A DNA stretch of 48,000 nucleotides, taken from the NCBI GenBank assembly GCA_019358935.1, contig JAHHIK010000063.1:1-48000 (forward strand). Direction: 5' to 3'. Under the pieces are notes generated by a model. It had not been told where the DNA came from and did not search any database. It saw only the letters and a program-made list of their open reading frames with translations. Below are positions 6,275-18,000 of this stretch, in pieces. Within the stretch, counting starts at the first letter, position 1; every line of letters starts with the position of its first letter. This DNA comes from Tolypothrix carrinoi HA7290-LM1 (GTDB lineage: Bacteria; Cyanobacteriota; Cyanobacteriia; Cyanobacteriales; Nostocaceae). Made by a program: the position numbers and the translations under genes.

Positions 6275-8128
6275 ATGGATCTCATTCGTCTTCTTCTAAG
6301 TTCCTCTTGGAAAATTCTTATCCTTGCAGCTATTGTTAGCTTACTAAGTGGAGTAACTACTACAGGTATAATAGCTGTCATTAATAATACCCAAGTAAAT
6401 TCTTCAACCCTAAATGCATCACTTATTTGGGGATTTGTTGGTCTGTGTTTATTCCGTTTTATTAGTAGCGTTATTTCTCAAACCCTATTAATTTCTCTTT
6501 CACAAAAGGCGATTTTAAATCTAAGAATGCTTTTAAGTCAAAGAATTCTTGCATCTCCTTTTTATCATATAGAAAGTCTTGGCAATAATCGTATTCTGGC
6601 AACCCTGACTGATGATGTTCAATCAATCTCTAACACAGCTCTCATTCTGCCTAGAATATGTGTGAATATTGTTATTGTAGTAAGTTGCTTGCTTTATTTA
6701 TGTTGGCTTTCTCCAACGCTGTTTCTTATTCTGGTTCTTTTTATAGTAATAGGAATAACCAGTTATCAGCTAACAGCTAATAAGGCAACAACATTTTTGC
6801 TTAGGGGTCGGGAGCAGCAAGACAAATTGTTTAGTTATTTTCGCGGTATTACCGACGGAACAAAAGAGCTGATGCTTCACTACAAAAAGCGCGAAACATT
6901 TTTCAAAGATCTTCAAGCAACAGCAGAATCTTACGAACATGAAAATGTAGTTGGTATGAGTATCTTTGCACTGGCTGCTAGCTGGGCACAAATCATGTTT
7001 TTTGTAGCGATTGGTATCGTTATTTTCATACTACCTGCTCTGAAGAATACTCAAAATCAGGTTTTATCAGGCTACGTACTGACAATTACTTACCTAATTG
7101 TGCCTTTAGATGCTATTATTAATTCGCTCTCAACATTTAGCAAGGCGTTTGTTGCTCTCGATAAAATTAAATCATTAGATTTGAAATTAACAACTCCAGC
7201 TAAAGAGATTGGTTTTGAAGATAATTTGAAATTATTAACTTCTGCTCAAGAAACTGAAGAAGATAATTTGAAATTATTAACTTCTGCTCAAGAAACTGAA
7301 GAAGATAATTTGAAATTATTAACTTCTGCTCAAGAAAGTAGAGAAGATAATTTGAAATTATTAACTCCAGAACTAGAAAATAAAGAAGATAATTTGAAAT
7401 TATTAACTTTTGATCAAGAAAGTAGAGAAGATAATTCGTTAATTTTCTCAGACTCAGAACTTATCTGTCAGCGTCTAGAGTTTTTAGATGTCACTTATAA
7501 ATATCAGAGTGAAGATAAATATCTCTTTACCGTAGGACCTATTAATTTAACGTTTTCTGCTGGAGAAATTGTTTTTTTAATTGGAGGTAACGGTAGTGGA
7601 AAATCTACTTTTATTAAGCTGTTAACTGGTCTGTATATTCCGGACACAGGAAAGATTATTATCAACGGAAAACTAATCACTGCTGAAGAACGCGAGTGGT
7701 ATCGACAGCATTTTTCAGTTGTGTTCTTCGATTTTTATCTGTTTGATAATTTATTAAATTCAGGCAAAACTATCTCTGACGAGCAAATTTACGATTATCT
7801 CGTAAAACTTCAACTTAACAACAAAGTTAAAGTGAAGAATGGTATACTTTCAACCACAGCCTTATCTCAAGGTCAACGGAAACGTCTAGCTCTACTAACT
7901 GCATATTTAGAAGACCGAGCTATCTACGTATTTGATGAATGGGCTTCCGATCAAGATCCTATATTCAAGAATATTTTCTATACGCAAATATTACCAGATT
8001 TAAAAAGTCAAGGCAAACTTGTAATCGCTGTTACCCATGACGACCAGTATTATCACTTATCAGATCGGATTATCAAGTTGAATAATGGAATTGTCGAATA
8101 TGACAAGCTTCAGCAACAGCCTTTGTAG
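6275..8128 (+). CDS. Fused permease/ATPase ABC exporter, cyclic-peptide exporter type (SyrD/PvdE-like)
   Basis: 617 aa. The N-terminal TMD has about 6 helices. The NBD carries Walker A GGNGSGKST (about 7583-7609), signature LSQGQRKRLAL and Walker B IYVFDEWASDQD. The gene is embedded in an NRPS cluster. The TMD-NBD linker carries the tandem repeat listed separately. Confidence 0.8.
   Translation: MDLIRLLLSSSWKILILAAIVSLLSGVTTTGIIAVINNTQVNSSTLNASLIWGFVGLCLFRFISSVISQTLLISLSQKAILNLRMLLSQRILASPFYHIESLGNNRILATLTDDVQSISNTALILPRICVNIVIVVSCLLYLCWLSPTLFLILVLFIVIGITSYQLTANKATTFLLRGREQQDKLFSYFRGITDGTKELMLHYKKRETFFKDLQATAESYEHENVVGMSIFALAASWAQIMFFVAIGIVIFILPALKNTQNQVLSGYVLTITYLIVPLDAIINSLSTFSKAFVALDKIKSLDLKLTTPAKEIGFEDNLKLLTSAQETEEDNLKLLTSAQETEEDNLKLLTSAQESREDNLKLLTPELENKEDNLKLLTFDQESREDNSLIFSDSELICQRLEFLDVTYKYQSEDKYLFTVGPINLTFSAGEIVFLIGGNGSGKSTFIKLLTGLYIPDTGKIIINGKLITAEEREWYRQHFSVVFFDFYLFDNLLNSGKTISDEQIYDYLVKLQLNNKVKVKNGILSTTALSQGQRKRLALLTAYLEDRAIYVFDEWASDQDPIFKNIFYTQILPDLKSQGKLVIAVTHDDQYYHLSDRIIKLNNGIVEYDKLQQQPL
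7217..7435 (+). repeat. In-frame 42-bp tandem repeat (5.2 copies) inside the ABC exporter linker
   Basis: The unit gaagataatttgaaattattaacttctgctcaagaaactgaa encodes EDNLKLLTSAQETE. The copies lie at 7217, 7259, 7301, 7343 and 7385, with a partial copy at 7427. The first two are identical and the later ones diverge progressively at their 3' halves. Confidence 0.95.
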
Positions 8129-8172
8129 CGTTACCCACTTAAACTGAACTCATTTTATTAACAGCAAATTTT

Positions 8173-8997
8173 ATGAACCTCTCTGAAAACCAGATTCAAA
8201 AGTACGAGGAAGATGGATTATTATTCTTCCCAGAGTATTTTTCAGATAGAGAAGTCAGCATTCTACAGAGGGAACTTTCACGGTTGCCTGAGGATGCTCC
8301 GGGGAAGGTTGTAGAAAACGACAATAAAACGGTGCGTGCTCTTCATGGTTGTCACGAGTACAGCGAAATCTTTAAGAGCTTGGCTCAACACCCCCGTCTT
8401 TTGAAACCAGTTCAGCAGATTCTCAAAGAATTGGTCTATCTTTACCAGTTTAAAATCAACATGAAAGCTGCTTTTACAGGTGATGTCTGGCCCTGGCATC
8501 AAGATTACACATTTTGGTATAAAGAAGATGGTTTACCAACCTCAGAAGTAATAAATGTCAGTATTTTTTTAGATGAAGTCAATCACTTCAATAGTCCGTT
8601 ATATTTCATCCCAGGCTCACACAAAGAAGGACTGATTGATGTTGAGGCACAAATGGCGAACAATAGCAACAAAGGTACAGATTGGCAAGCTAATTTCAGC
8701 GCTAATCTCAAGTACTGTCTTAGTCACACAAATGTTGCTCAAATGGTCGCAAAAAAAGGTATCGTAGCCCCAGTTGGTCCTAAAGGGTCTGTTATATTCT
8801 TTCATGGCAATATAGCCCATGCCTCAGTTTCTAATATTTCTCCTTATAATCGCAGGCAGATTATTATTACCTATAGCAGTGTAAAAAATATTCCAATTTC
8901 TAAGAGTCAGCCTCGACCAGCATTCTTAGTTTGCCGAGATTACGTTCCATTGCAACCAAAAAAAGATGATGTTCTTCTGCAAGTCAGTATGGTATAG
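8173..8997 (+). CDS. Fe(II)/2-oxoglutarate dioxygenase, PhyH superfamily, ectoine-hydroxylase (EctD)-like
   Basis: 274 aa. VWPWHQDYTFWYKEDGLP resembles the EctD signature F-x-WHSDFETWH-x-EDG-M/L-P. The HxD (HQD) and distal His (FFHGNIAHAS) form a 2-His-1-carboxylate facial triad. Confidence 0.7.
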   Translation: MNLSENQIQKYEEDGLLFFPEYFSDREVSILQRELSRLPEDAPGKVVENDNKTVRALHGCHEYSEIFKSLAQHPRLLKPVQQILKELVYLYQFKINMKAAFTGDVWPWHQDYTFWYKEDGLPTSEVINVSIFLDEVNHFNSPLYFIPGSHKEGLIDVEAQMANNSNKGTDWQANFSANLKYCLSHTNVAQMVAKKGIVAPVGPKGSVIFFHGNIAHASVSNISPYNRRQIIITYSSVKNIPISKSQPRPAFLVCRDYVPLQPKKDDVLLQVSMV

Positions 8998-9081
8998 TTT
9001 GCTGTTGATGAGAGTTAAAGATGAGTACTTCTTACTCTAAGTATCTCCAAATTAATAATTACTTATAGATAACGTGACGGT

Positions 9082-12000
9082 ATGTTTACTCCAGCATCAG
9101 AAGAAGTTTTCATATTTCCCTTATCTTTTGCTCAGGAACGGCTTTGGTTTCTTAACCAGTTAGACCCAAATAACACCTCTTACAATATTAAAAGTGCTTT
9201 GCAGCTAGATGGTCAACTGAATATCACTGCTTTAGAAAGAGCAATACAGGAGATACAGCAACGTCACGAAGTTTTGCGAACTACCTTTAAAGTTATTGAT
9301 GGAACGCCATTTCAAGTCATTGCTTCTGCCAGCACCCTGACTTTACCCGTGCTTGAATTAAAGGGGATGGCAAAAGAAGAGAAGTTTGTTAGCGTACAAC
9401 GCCACATAAGCGAAGAAGCCAGAAAACCTTTTAACCTCTCCACAGACTTTTTATTGAGAATTAGTCTATTAAAGCTAGCAGAACACTCTCATGTTTTACA
9501 AATAACAGTACATCATATAATTGCAGACGTTTGGTCGATAGGAATTTTCATTCAAGAGTTGACAGCACTTTACGAAGCTTTTTGTCAAGGAAAACTTTCT
9601 CCCCTACCAGAGTTACCTATCCAGTATGCTGACTTCGCCGAATGGCAACGGCAGTGGCTCAGTGGAGAAGTGCTAGAGTCCCAGATTAACTACTGGAAGG
9701 AACAGTTGGCAGGAGCGCCACCTCTGCTGGAGTTACCCACTGACCGACCTCGCCCTCCCGTGCAAACCTTTAGCGGAAGTACTGAGAGGTTCCAACTTAG
9801 TGCTTCACTGACCCAACAGATCCGCAGCTTAAGTCAGCAGGTAGGAACAACTATGTTTATGACGCTGCTAGCAGCGTTTGCTCTGTTGCTGTCACGCTAC
9901 AGTCATCAGAAGGACATTATTGTTGGCTCCTCTATTGCCAACCGTAACCGTCAAGATATAGAAACACTTATTGGCTTTTTTGTCAATACCTTGGTGCTGC
10001 GTATTGATTTACAGAGTAATCCTACCTTTTGGGAGTTGTTGCAGCAGGTGCGGCAGACGACTCTAGATGCTTATGACCAACAAGACTTACCCTTTGAACA
10101 GCTGGTCGAAGCTCTGCAACCAGAGCGGAGTCTGAGTCACCAGCCCCTGTTTCAGGTGATGTTTGAGATGCAGAATGTGCCGATGGGAACTCTGGAACTG
10201 TCTGAGTTGACCTTAACGCCACTGGAACCAGAACACGCGATCGCCAAGTTTGATTTGATGTTGACAATGCAGGAGGTAGAGTCGGGACTGTTGGGAACTT
10301 GGGAGTACAACAGCGACTTGTTTGATGCTGCCACTATTCGCCGGATGATAGGGCATTTCCAGACTTTGCTGGCGGCGATTGTTGGCAACCCCAAGTGTCC
10401 GGTGATGCAGCTACCTCTGCTCACAGACGGGGAACAACAGCAGTTACTGGTGGCGTGGAACGACACTCAGAAAGATTATCCTCAAGACAAGTGTATCCAT
10501 CAGTTGTTTGAAATCCAGGTGGAACAAACCCCAGAGGCGGTGGCTGTTGTATGTGAAGGCAAACACCTCACCTATCGAGAACTGAACACCCAAGCTAATG
10601 GTTTGGCACGGCGGTTGGTGGAGCATAAAGTTGGATCGGAAACTATCGTAGTCTTGCTAGCTGAACGGAGTATCGAGTTCTTGACTGGCATGATGGCAGT
10701 CTTTAAGGCAGGTGGAGCTTATCTGCCCCTCGATCCCCAGTATCCTCAGCAACGCATCTGTGAGGTCTTGCAGCAAAGTCAAGCACCCTTGGTGTTGGTA
10801 TCTAACAAGTTCGAGCTTGTTCTCTCTCAAGCTATAGAAAGCTTATCAAAACAAACCAGACCAAAAATATTGCGCTTAGAAGAATTATGCTCGCAGTCCA
10901 AAGAAAACCTAACAGTAGACAGTAAGCCAAATCATCTAGCTTATATAATTTATACATCAGGTTCGACGGGTGTACCTAAAGGGGCAATGGTCGAACATCA
11001 GGGAATGGTAAATCATTTGTATGCTAAAATCCAAGACCTGCAACTTACCGCTCTCGACCGGATAGCACAAAATGCCCGTCAAAGTTTCGATATCTCCGTT
11101 TGGCAATTACTAGCCGCTCTGTTGGTGGGGGGACGAGTTTACATTTTCAATGATGAGGTTGCTTGCGACCCAAGTCAACTGCTTTCTCAAGTAGAGCAAC
11201 AGGAAATCACCATTTTGGAGATGGTGCCATCCTTATTACGAATGGCAATCGAGAATCTCTTGAGTAACCAAAACCAACGCCTTCAATTATCGAAGTTACG
11301 ATGGTTAATTCTCACGGGAGAAGCTTTACCGCCCCAGTTGTGTCGTCAGTGGTTTGATTGCTATCCGACCATTCCGATGCTGAACGCCTATGGTCCGACT
11401 GAATGTTCTGATGATGTCACCCATTACTTTATTTCCCAACCGCCTACGACCGAGGTGTTAAATATGCCCATTGGTCGTGCAGTAGCAAATACAAGATTAT
11501 ACGTGTTAGATTCTCAGTTGCAACCACTACCAATAGGAGTAACGGGGGAATTATACGTTGGCGGAGACGGCGTGGGACGAGGGTATCTCAATAATCCACA
11601 ACGGACGGCAGAAGTCTTCATCAGCGATCCCTTCCTACAAAAGCCCGGAGCGCGGTTATACCGTACCGGAGATCGAGTTCGCTACCTGCTTGATGGCAAT
11701 ATTGAGTTTTTTGGTCGTATTGACCATCAGGTTAAGGTGCGGGGCTTCCGCATTGAACTAGGAGAAATAGAAGCAGTTTTGACCGAATGCCCACAGGTAC
11801 GGGAGACAACGGTCATAGTCTGGGAAGACCATTTTGGGAATAAACTTTTGGTCGCCTATGTCGTTCCTCACCAAGAGCAACCTACTATCAGTACATTGCG
11901 GGGCTTTCTCAGAAAGAAGTTGCCGGAATACATGGTACCAACAGTATTTGTGTTCTTAGAGGCTCTACCCTTGACCCCCAACGGCAAGCTCGATCGCCGT

Positions 12001-15000
12001 GCCTTGCCTGCACCAAATGCTTCTCTAAGTCTAGACGATAACTGGGTAGCACCCCGCACGCCCACCGAAGAAATAATTGCCGATATCTTCTTATCGGTTC
12101 TGAAGCTGGAACAGGTGGGTGTACACAACAATTTCTTTGAACTGGGAGGACATTCGCTACTTGCGACTCAAGTTGTCTCAAGGCTGAGGGAAACCTTTCA
12201 AGTAGAGATGCCCCTGCGTACTTTGTTTGAATCGCCTACTGTTGCCGAATTGGAGCGGGCGATCGCTTCAAAACTTATGACTTCAGGATTGGTAATTCCT
12301 GACATTAAACCAGTATCAAGAGATACTGAACCATTACCCTTATCCTGGGCGCAAGAACGGCTGTGGTTTTTGGATCGGTTGTCAGGTCCCAATCCAACCT
12401 ACAACATACCTATAGCAATACAAATTACTGGAAATCTGAATGTAGTAGCCCTAGAGCAAGCCTTAACTGAAATTATCCGACGCCACGAGGTCTTACGTAC
12501 CACTTTTCCCACAGTCAACGGAACTCCAGTACAGGCGATCGCATCTCCAACAGCATGTACTTTGAACGTTGTAGATTTGCGTTCGATCAACAAAAACTTT
12601 CAAAAAGATCGCGTACAATCAAACGCAACTCAAGAAGCCCAGCAACCTTTCGATCTGACGAGTGATTCCCTAATCCGCTTCAAACTTTTGCAGTTAGAAG
12701 AGCAATCCCACGTCTTGCTGCTAACTTTGCATCATATCATTTTCGATGGCTGGTCAAGCGAGATTTTTGTGCGAGAACTGCTTGCTCTCTATCAAGCTTA
12801 CATACGTCAAGAACCTTCACCATTATTTGCACCGTCAATCCAGTATGCAGATTTCGCTTACTGGCAGCGACAATGGCTTGAAGCACAAGTGTTAGAAACA
12901 CAACTGAGTTATTGGAAGCAGCAACTTGGCGGAACATTACCAGTGCTGCAACTACCCGTAGATAACGTCCATCCTGCAACTCAGAATTATAAAGGAGAAA
13001 AGCAAGCGATACGTTTGTCTAAGGAACTTACCGCTTCTTTAAAGGCTTTGAGCCGCCAAGAAAAAGCTACTCTCTTCATGAGCTTGTTGGCTGCATTCAA
13101 AATATTACTATCCCGCCATACTGGTCAGGAGGATCTGATTGTTGGTGTTCCAATTGCCGGTCGCAATCACCTGGGGACAGAAAATCTCATCGGCTTTTTT
13201 ATCAATAGCCTACCTTTACGTACAGATTTGTCAGGAAATCCCAGCTTTGGGCAGTTATTAAGAAAAGTGCGCGAAATCACTCTAGAAGCTTATCAAAACC
13301 AAGACATTCCGTTTGAAAAGCTGGTAGAACAACTGCGACCAGAACGTTCGTTGACTCGGCATCCGGTGTTTGATGTGATGTTTAACATGGACAATACACC
13401 GGAAGTCGCACTAGAAATTCCCGGCTTGACTTTTGAGCCGTTGGATCTCGCACAGCCAGAGTCAAAATTCTGGATGACAGTATTTGTGCAAGAGGTGGCA
13501 GAAGAACTCAACATTAGTCTAGTGTATCGGCAAGCGCTGTTCTCGTCTGAACGCATGAGTAATTTTTTGGAGCAGTTTGAGCATTTATTGCAACAAATTG
13601 TAGTACATCCCGATCGCTCCATACAATCTTATTCTCTAATTACACCACAGTCGCGCTCTTTATTACCAGATGCTAGTGCTAGGCTTGATGAACCTGACTA
13701 CGAACCAGTGACTGCCCTGTTTGCTGCTTGGGTTGAGAAAGCGCCTCGGCAAACGGCTATCCGTAAGAACGGTCAGGTGTGGACTTACAATCAATTGTCC
13801 GAAAGCGCCCATACTATTGCACAGGTTCTCTTAAGTTCCGGTGTGCAACAGGGAGATGTAGTAGCTGTGTACGGTGCGAAGAGTTTTGAACTGATTGCCA
13901 GTATGCTTGGGGTATTCTTCAGCGGTGCTGTGTTGCTGATGCTGGACTCGAACCTACCAGATCGTCGCCAGCAACAGATGCTCCAAGACGCACAAGCCAA
14001 GTATCTCCTGAATGTGAACACTCAGTCAAAACAAGCACTTTTGACAAAAAGCTCCTTGGAGGTAATTGACGTTTCACCTCTTTTTGCAACAACGATTGAA
14101 AACACAACAAACTGCTGTTTGCCAACGCTGAATGCAGGCGATCGCGCTTACATCTTCTTCACTTCTGGTAGCACAGGGACACCGAAAGGGGTGTTGGGGA
14201 CTCACAAAGGCATTTCGCATTTTCTGCAATGGCAACGCCAAACTTTTGAAATTGGTACTTTTGACCGCGTTGCCCAATTAACTAGCCTCACTTTTGATGC
14301 CGTACTCAGAGATGTGTTTCTGCCTTTGACCAGTGGAGCAACACTCTGTTTGCCCTCGCAGGACTATGATTTAGGGTCAGATCGGGTGTTAAGCTGGTTG
14401 CAAACTGAGCAAATCACTCTAGTTCACACTGTTCCGGCGGTAGCACAGTCTTGGCTAACACAAGTACCCTTCGGAATTCACTTACGCTCATTACGCTGGA
14501 TTTTCTTCTCTGGAGAACCTTTAACTCAGACGCTGGTTCGTCAATGGCGACAGACTTTTCCAGAAGCAGGGGAGATAATTAATCTCTACGGGGCAACAGA
14601 AACCACGATGGTGAAATGCTTCTACAGAGTGCCTAAAAATACTTATGCTGGGGTGATGCCAGCAGGTTGGGCGCTTCCCCAAACGCAAGCGCTGGTATTA
14701 AATTCAACTAACCAGTTATGTGGAATTGGGGAAATAGGGGAAATTATTATCCGCACCCCCTTCCGCACTTTAGGCTATATTAATGCGATCGCCGAACAAC
14801 AGCAACGGTTTGTGCCCAATCCAGACAGTAACGATCCAGAGGATTTGTTGTACTATACTGGCGACAAGGGGCGCTACCGTCCGGATGGAGCGGTTGAAGT
14901 TTTGGGTCGAAACGACGACCAAATTAAGATTCGCGGAATACGGATTCAACCAGCAGAGATTGAGACGGTATTGAACCAGCACCCAGCCGTGGCAGAAAGT

Positions 15001-18000
15001 GTAGTAATTGCCACACAACTATCAGCCGAGGATAAACGCTTAGTTGCCTATGTAGTTGGCACAAATCAAACATTCACTCTCAAAGACCTGCGCTACTTCC
15101 TCAAACAGCACCTGCCGGAGTTTTTAGTGCCGTCAGCCTTTGTTGTGTTAGACGCTTTGCCACTAACTTCTAATGGTAAAGTCAATCGTCAGGCTTTGCC
15201 TGCCCCATCTTTAGAAGTAGTTACTAGTGCTAGCATTAAACCTCGTAACCCAACTGAGGAAGTGATTCTCAGTATCTTTGCCTCTGTTCTTAAACTTCAG
15301 CACCTTGGTGTTGATGATAACTTCTTTGAAGTAGGTGGACATTCTCTACTCGCCACTCAAATTGTCTCGAGGCTGCGAGAAGCCATTCAAATCGAGATCC
15401 CCTTGCGTACTTTATTTGAAGCACCCACCGTTGCCGAACTCGCTCAAGCTATTTGGGCACTGCGTCAGACAACTTCCGGATTAGTAATTCCTCGAATTGA
15501 ACCAGTATCAAAAAATACTGATTGTTTGCCACTATCTTGGGCGCAAGAACGGCTGTGGTTTTTAGACCAATTAGAAGGTCCTGGTGCCACATACAATATG
15601 CCAGCAGCAGTCCATATCTCTGGACAGCTGGATATCGTAGCCTTAGAGCAAGCCTTAAGCGAACTTGTCCGACGCCATGAAATCCTACGCACTACCTTTC
15701 CCTTGGTCAATGGAGTTCCTGTTCAGGTAATTGCCCCCCCGTCAGCAACAGCAATTCCTCTGGTAGATTTGCGTTCAGCAAGTGTAGAACAAACCGCTGA
15801 AGTCAAACGCTTGGGTTCGTCGGAAACCGAGCGACCTTTTGATCTAGCTAGAGATTTTCTGCTGCGCGTTATTATACTACAGCTTGGGGACGATAGTCAT
15901 GTGCTATTAGTGACAATGCACCACATCATCTCCGATGATTGGTCAATTGGCATATTTATTCAAGAATTGTCTACTCTCTACCAAGCATTTTTATCAAAAG
16001 TCCCCTCTCCTTTACCTGAGCTACCCATCCAATATGCTGACTTTGCCGTTTGGCAACGTCAGTGGTTAAAAGGAGAGATTCTAGACACCCAACTCAATTA
16101 CTGGAAGCAACAATTGGCAGGAATACCGACACTGCTGGATCTGCCCACTGACCGACACCGTCCCCCCGTGCAAACCAAACGAGGTAGCACCGAGAGTTTT
16201 GAACTTAATGCTGATTTGGCTCAACAGCTCAAAAAGTTGAGTCAGCAGTCAGGGACAACTTTATTTATGACACTGCTAGCAGCCTTTGCCCTGTTATTGT
16301 CGCGCTACAGTCGTCAGGAAGATATAGTTCTTGGCTCTCCCATTGCCAACCGCAACCGCCAAGAGATAGAGCCGTTGATTGGCATTTTTATTAATACCTT
16401 GGTGCTGCGCGTTGACCTCCAGAATAATCCTACTTTCCTAGAGCTGCTGCGGCGTGTGCGGCAGATGACTCTAGATGCTTATGCTCACCAAGATTTACCT
16501 TTTGAGCAATTGGTAGAAGCATTGCAACCAGAACGGAGTTTAAGTCACCATCCGTTGTTCCAGGTCATGTTTGTGCTGCACAATGCCCCAATACCAACCT
16601 TGGAACTGCCTGGATTAACTCTAACACCGCTGGAACGAAAGCGCACAGTAGCTAAGTTCGATTTAACTCTGTCAATGAGTGAGACAGCGACGGGACTTGC
16701 GGGGACTTGGGAGTACAACAGCGACTTGTTTGAGGCGGACACTATTCGCCGGATGATAAGGCATTTTCAGACTTTGTTGGAATCGATTGTTGTAAACTCC
16801 GAGCATCCAGTGGGTCAGCTATCGTTGCTGACAGAACAAGAGCGGCATCAGTTGTTGGTAGAATGGAACAACACCCAAGCCGACTACCCAGTTAACAAGT
16901 GCGTTCATCACTTGTTTGAGGAGCAAGCAGAGCGTACACCAGAAGCAATTGCTGTTGTGTTTGAAAACCAACACCTAACTTATGCAGAACTTAACTTAAA
17001 AGCGAATCAATTAGCGCATTACTTACAATCTCAAGGAGTAACACCTGAAACCCTTGTAGGTATATGTATAAAACCCTCTCTAGAAATGGTCATCGGTCTA
17101 CTAGGAATCCTTAAGGCAGGTGGAGCTTATGTGCCGTTAGACCCAGAGTATCCTCAAGAACGCCTAGCATTTATGCTATCTGATTCTGGTATACCTGTTT
17201 TGTTAACTACTAGCGATATAAAAGTAGAGTTACTTAAACATCAAGCATGTTTAATCGACATTAATAAAAATTGGGAAATCATTTGCCAGGAAAACCGGGA
17301 AAATCTTATTGGCGGTGTTAAGCCAGAGCAGCTAGTTTACGTTATTTATACCTCTGGCTCAACTGGCAAACCTAAGGGTGTGCAAATATCGCATCAATCT
17401 GTAGTCAACTTTTTGACTGCTATGCAACAGCAACCTGGATTGACAAACCAAGACGTACTTCTTTCCGTTACCACTTTATCTTTCGATATTGCAGCTTTAG
17501 AACTCTACTTACCACTAACAGTAGGAGCACGAGTCGTTTTGATTCCTCGTGAAGTAGCTTCAGATGGAATACAGTTAGCCCAGAAGTTAGCTAAGGCAGC
17601 AGGGGAGAAAAATGCGACAGTCATGCAGGCAACTCCTGCGACCTGGCGATTACTTTTAGCTTCTGGTTGGCAAGGCAGTCCACACCTGAAAATTTTAGTG
17701 GGTGGTGAAGCTTTACCACAAGAGCTAGCTACTCAGTTGCTTGACAAAGGTGCCTCTGTATGGAATTTATATGGTCCTACAGAAACGACCATTTGGTCAT
17801 CTGTTTATAAATTAAAAATGCGAGCAAAAGAAGCTTGTGACGCAGATGTAGAATATATTGGTCGTCCGATCGCAAATACCCAATTTTATATTCTAGATCG
17901 TCATCTCCAACCTACTCCTATCGGGGTTCCAGGTGAACTTCATATTGGTGGTGCTGGTGTTGCTCGCGGCTACCTCAACGCAAGCGAGTTAAATACCGAA

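Noticed and set aside
7217-7435. A regular 42-bp repeat array considered as a possible CRISPR or other non-coding array.
   Set aside because: The units are directly tandem with no spacers. They are in frame within a continuous ABC-transporter ORF, and no cas genes are nearby.
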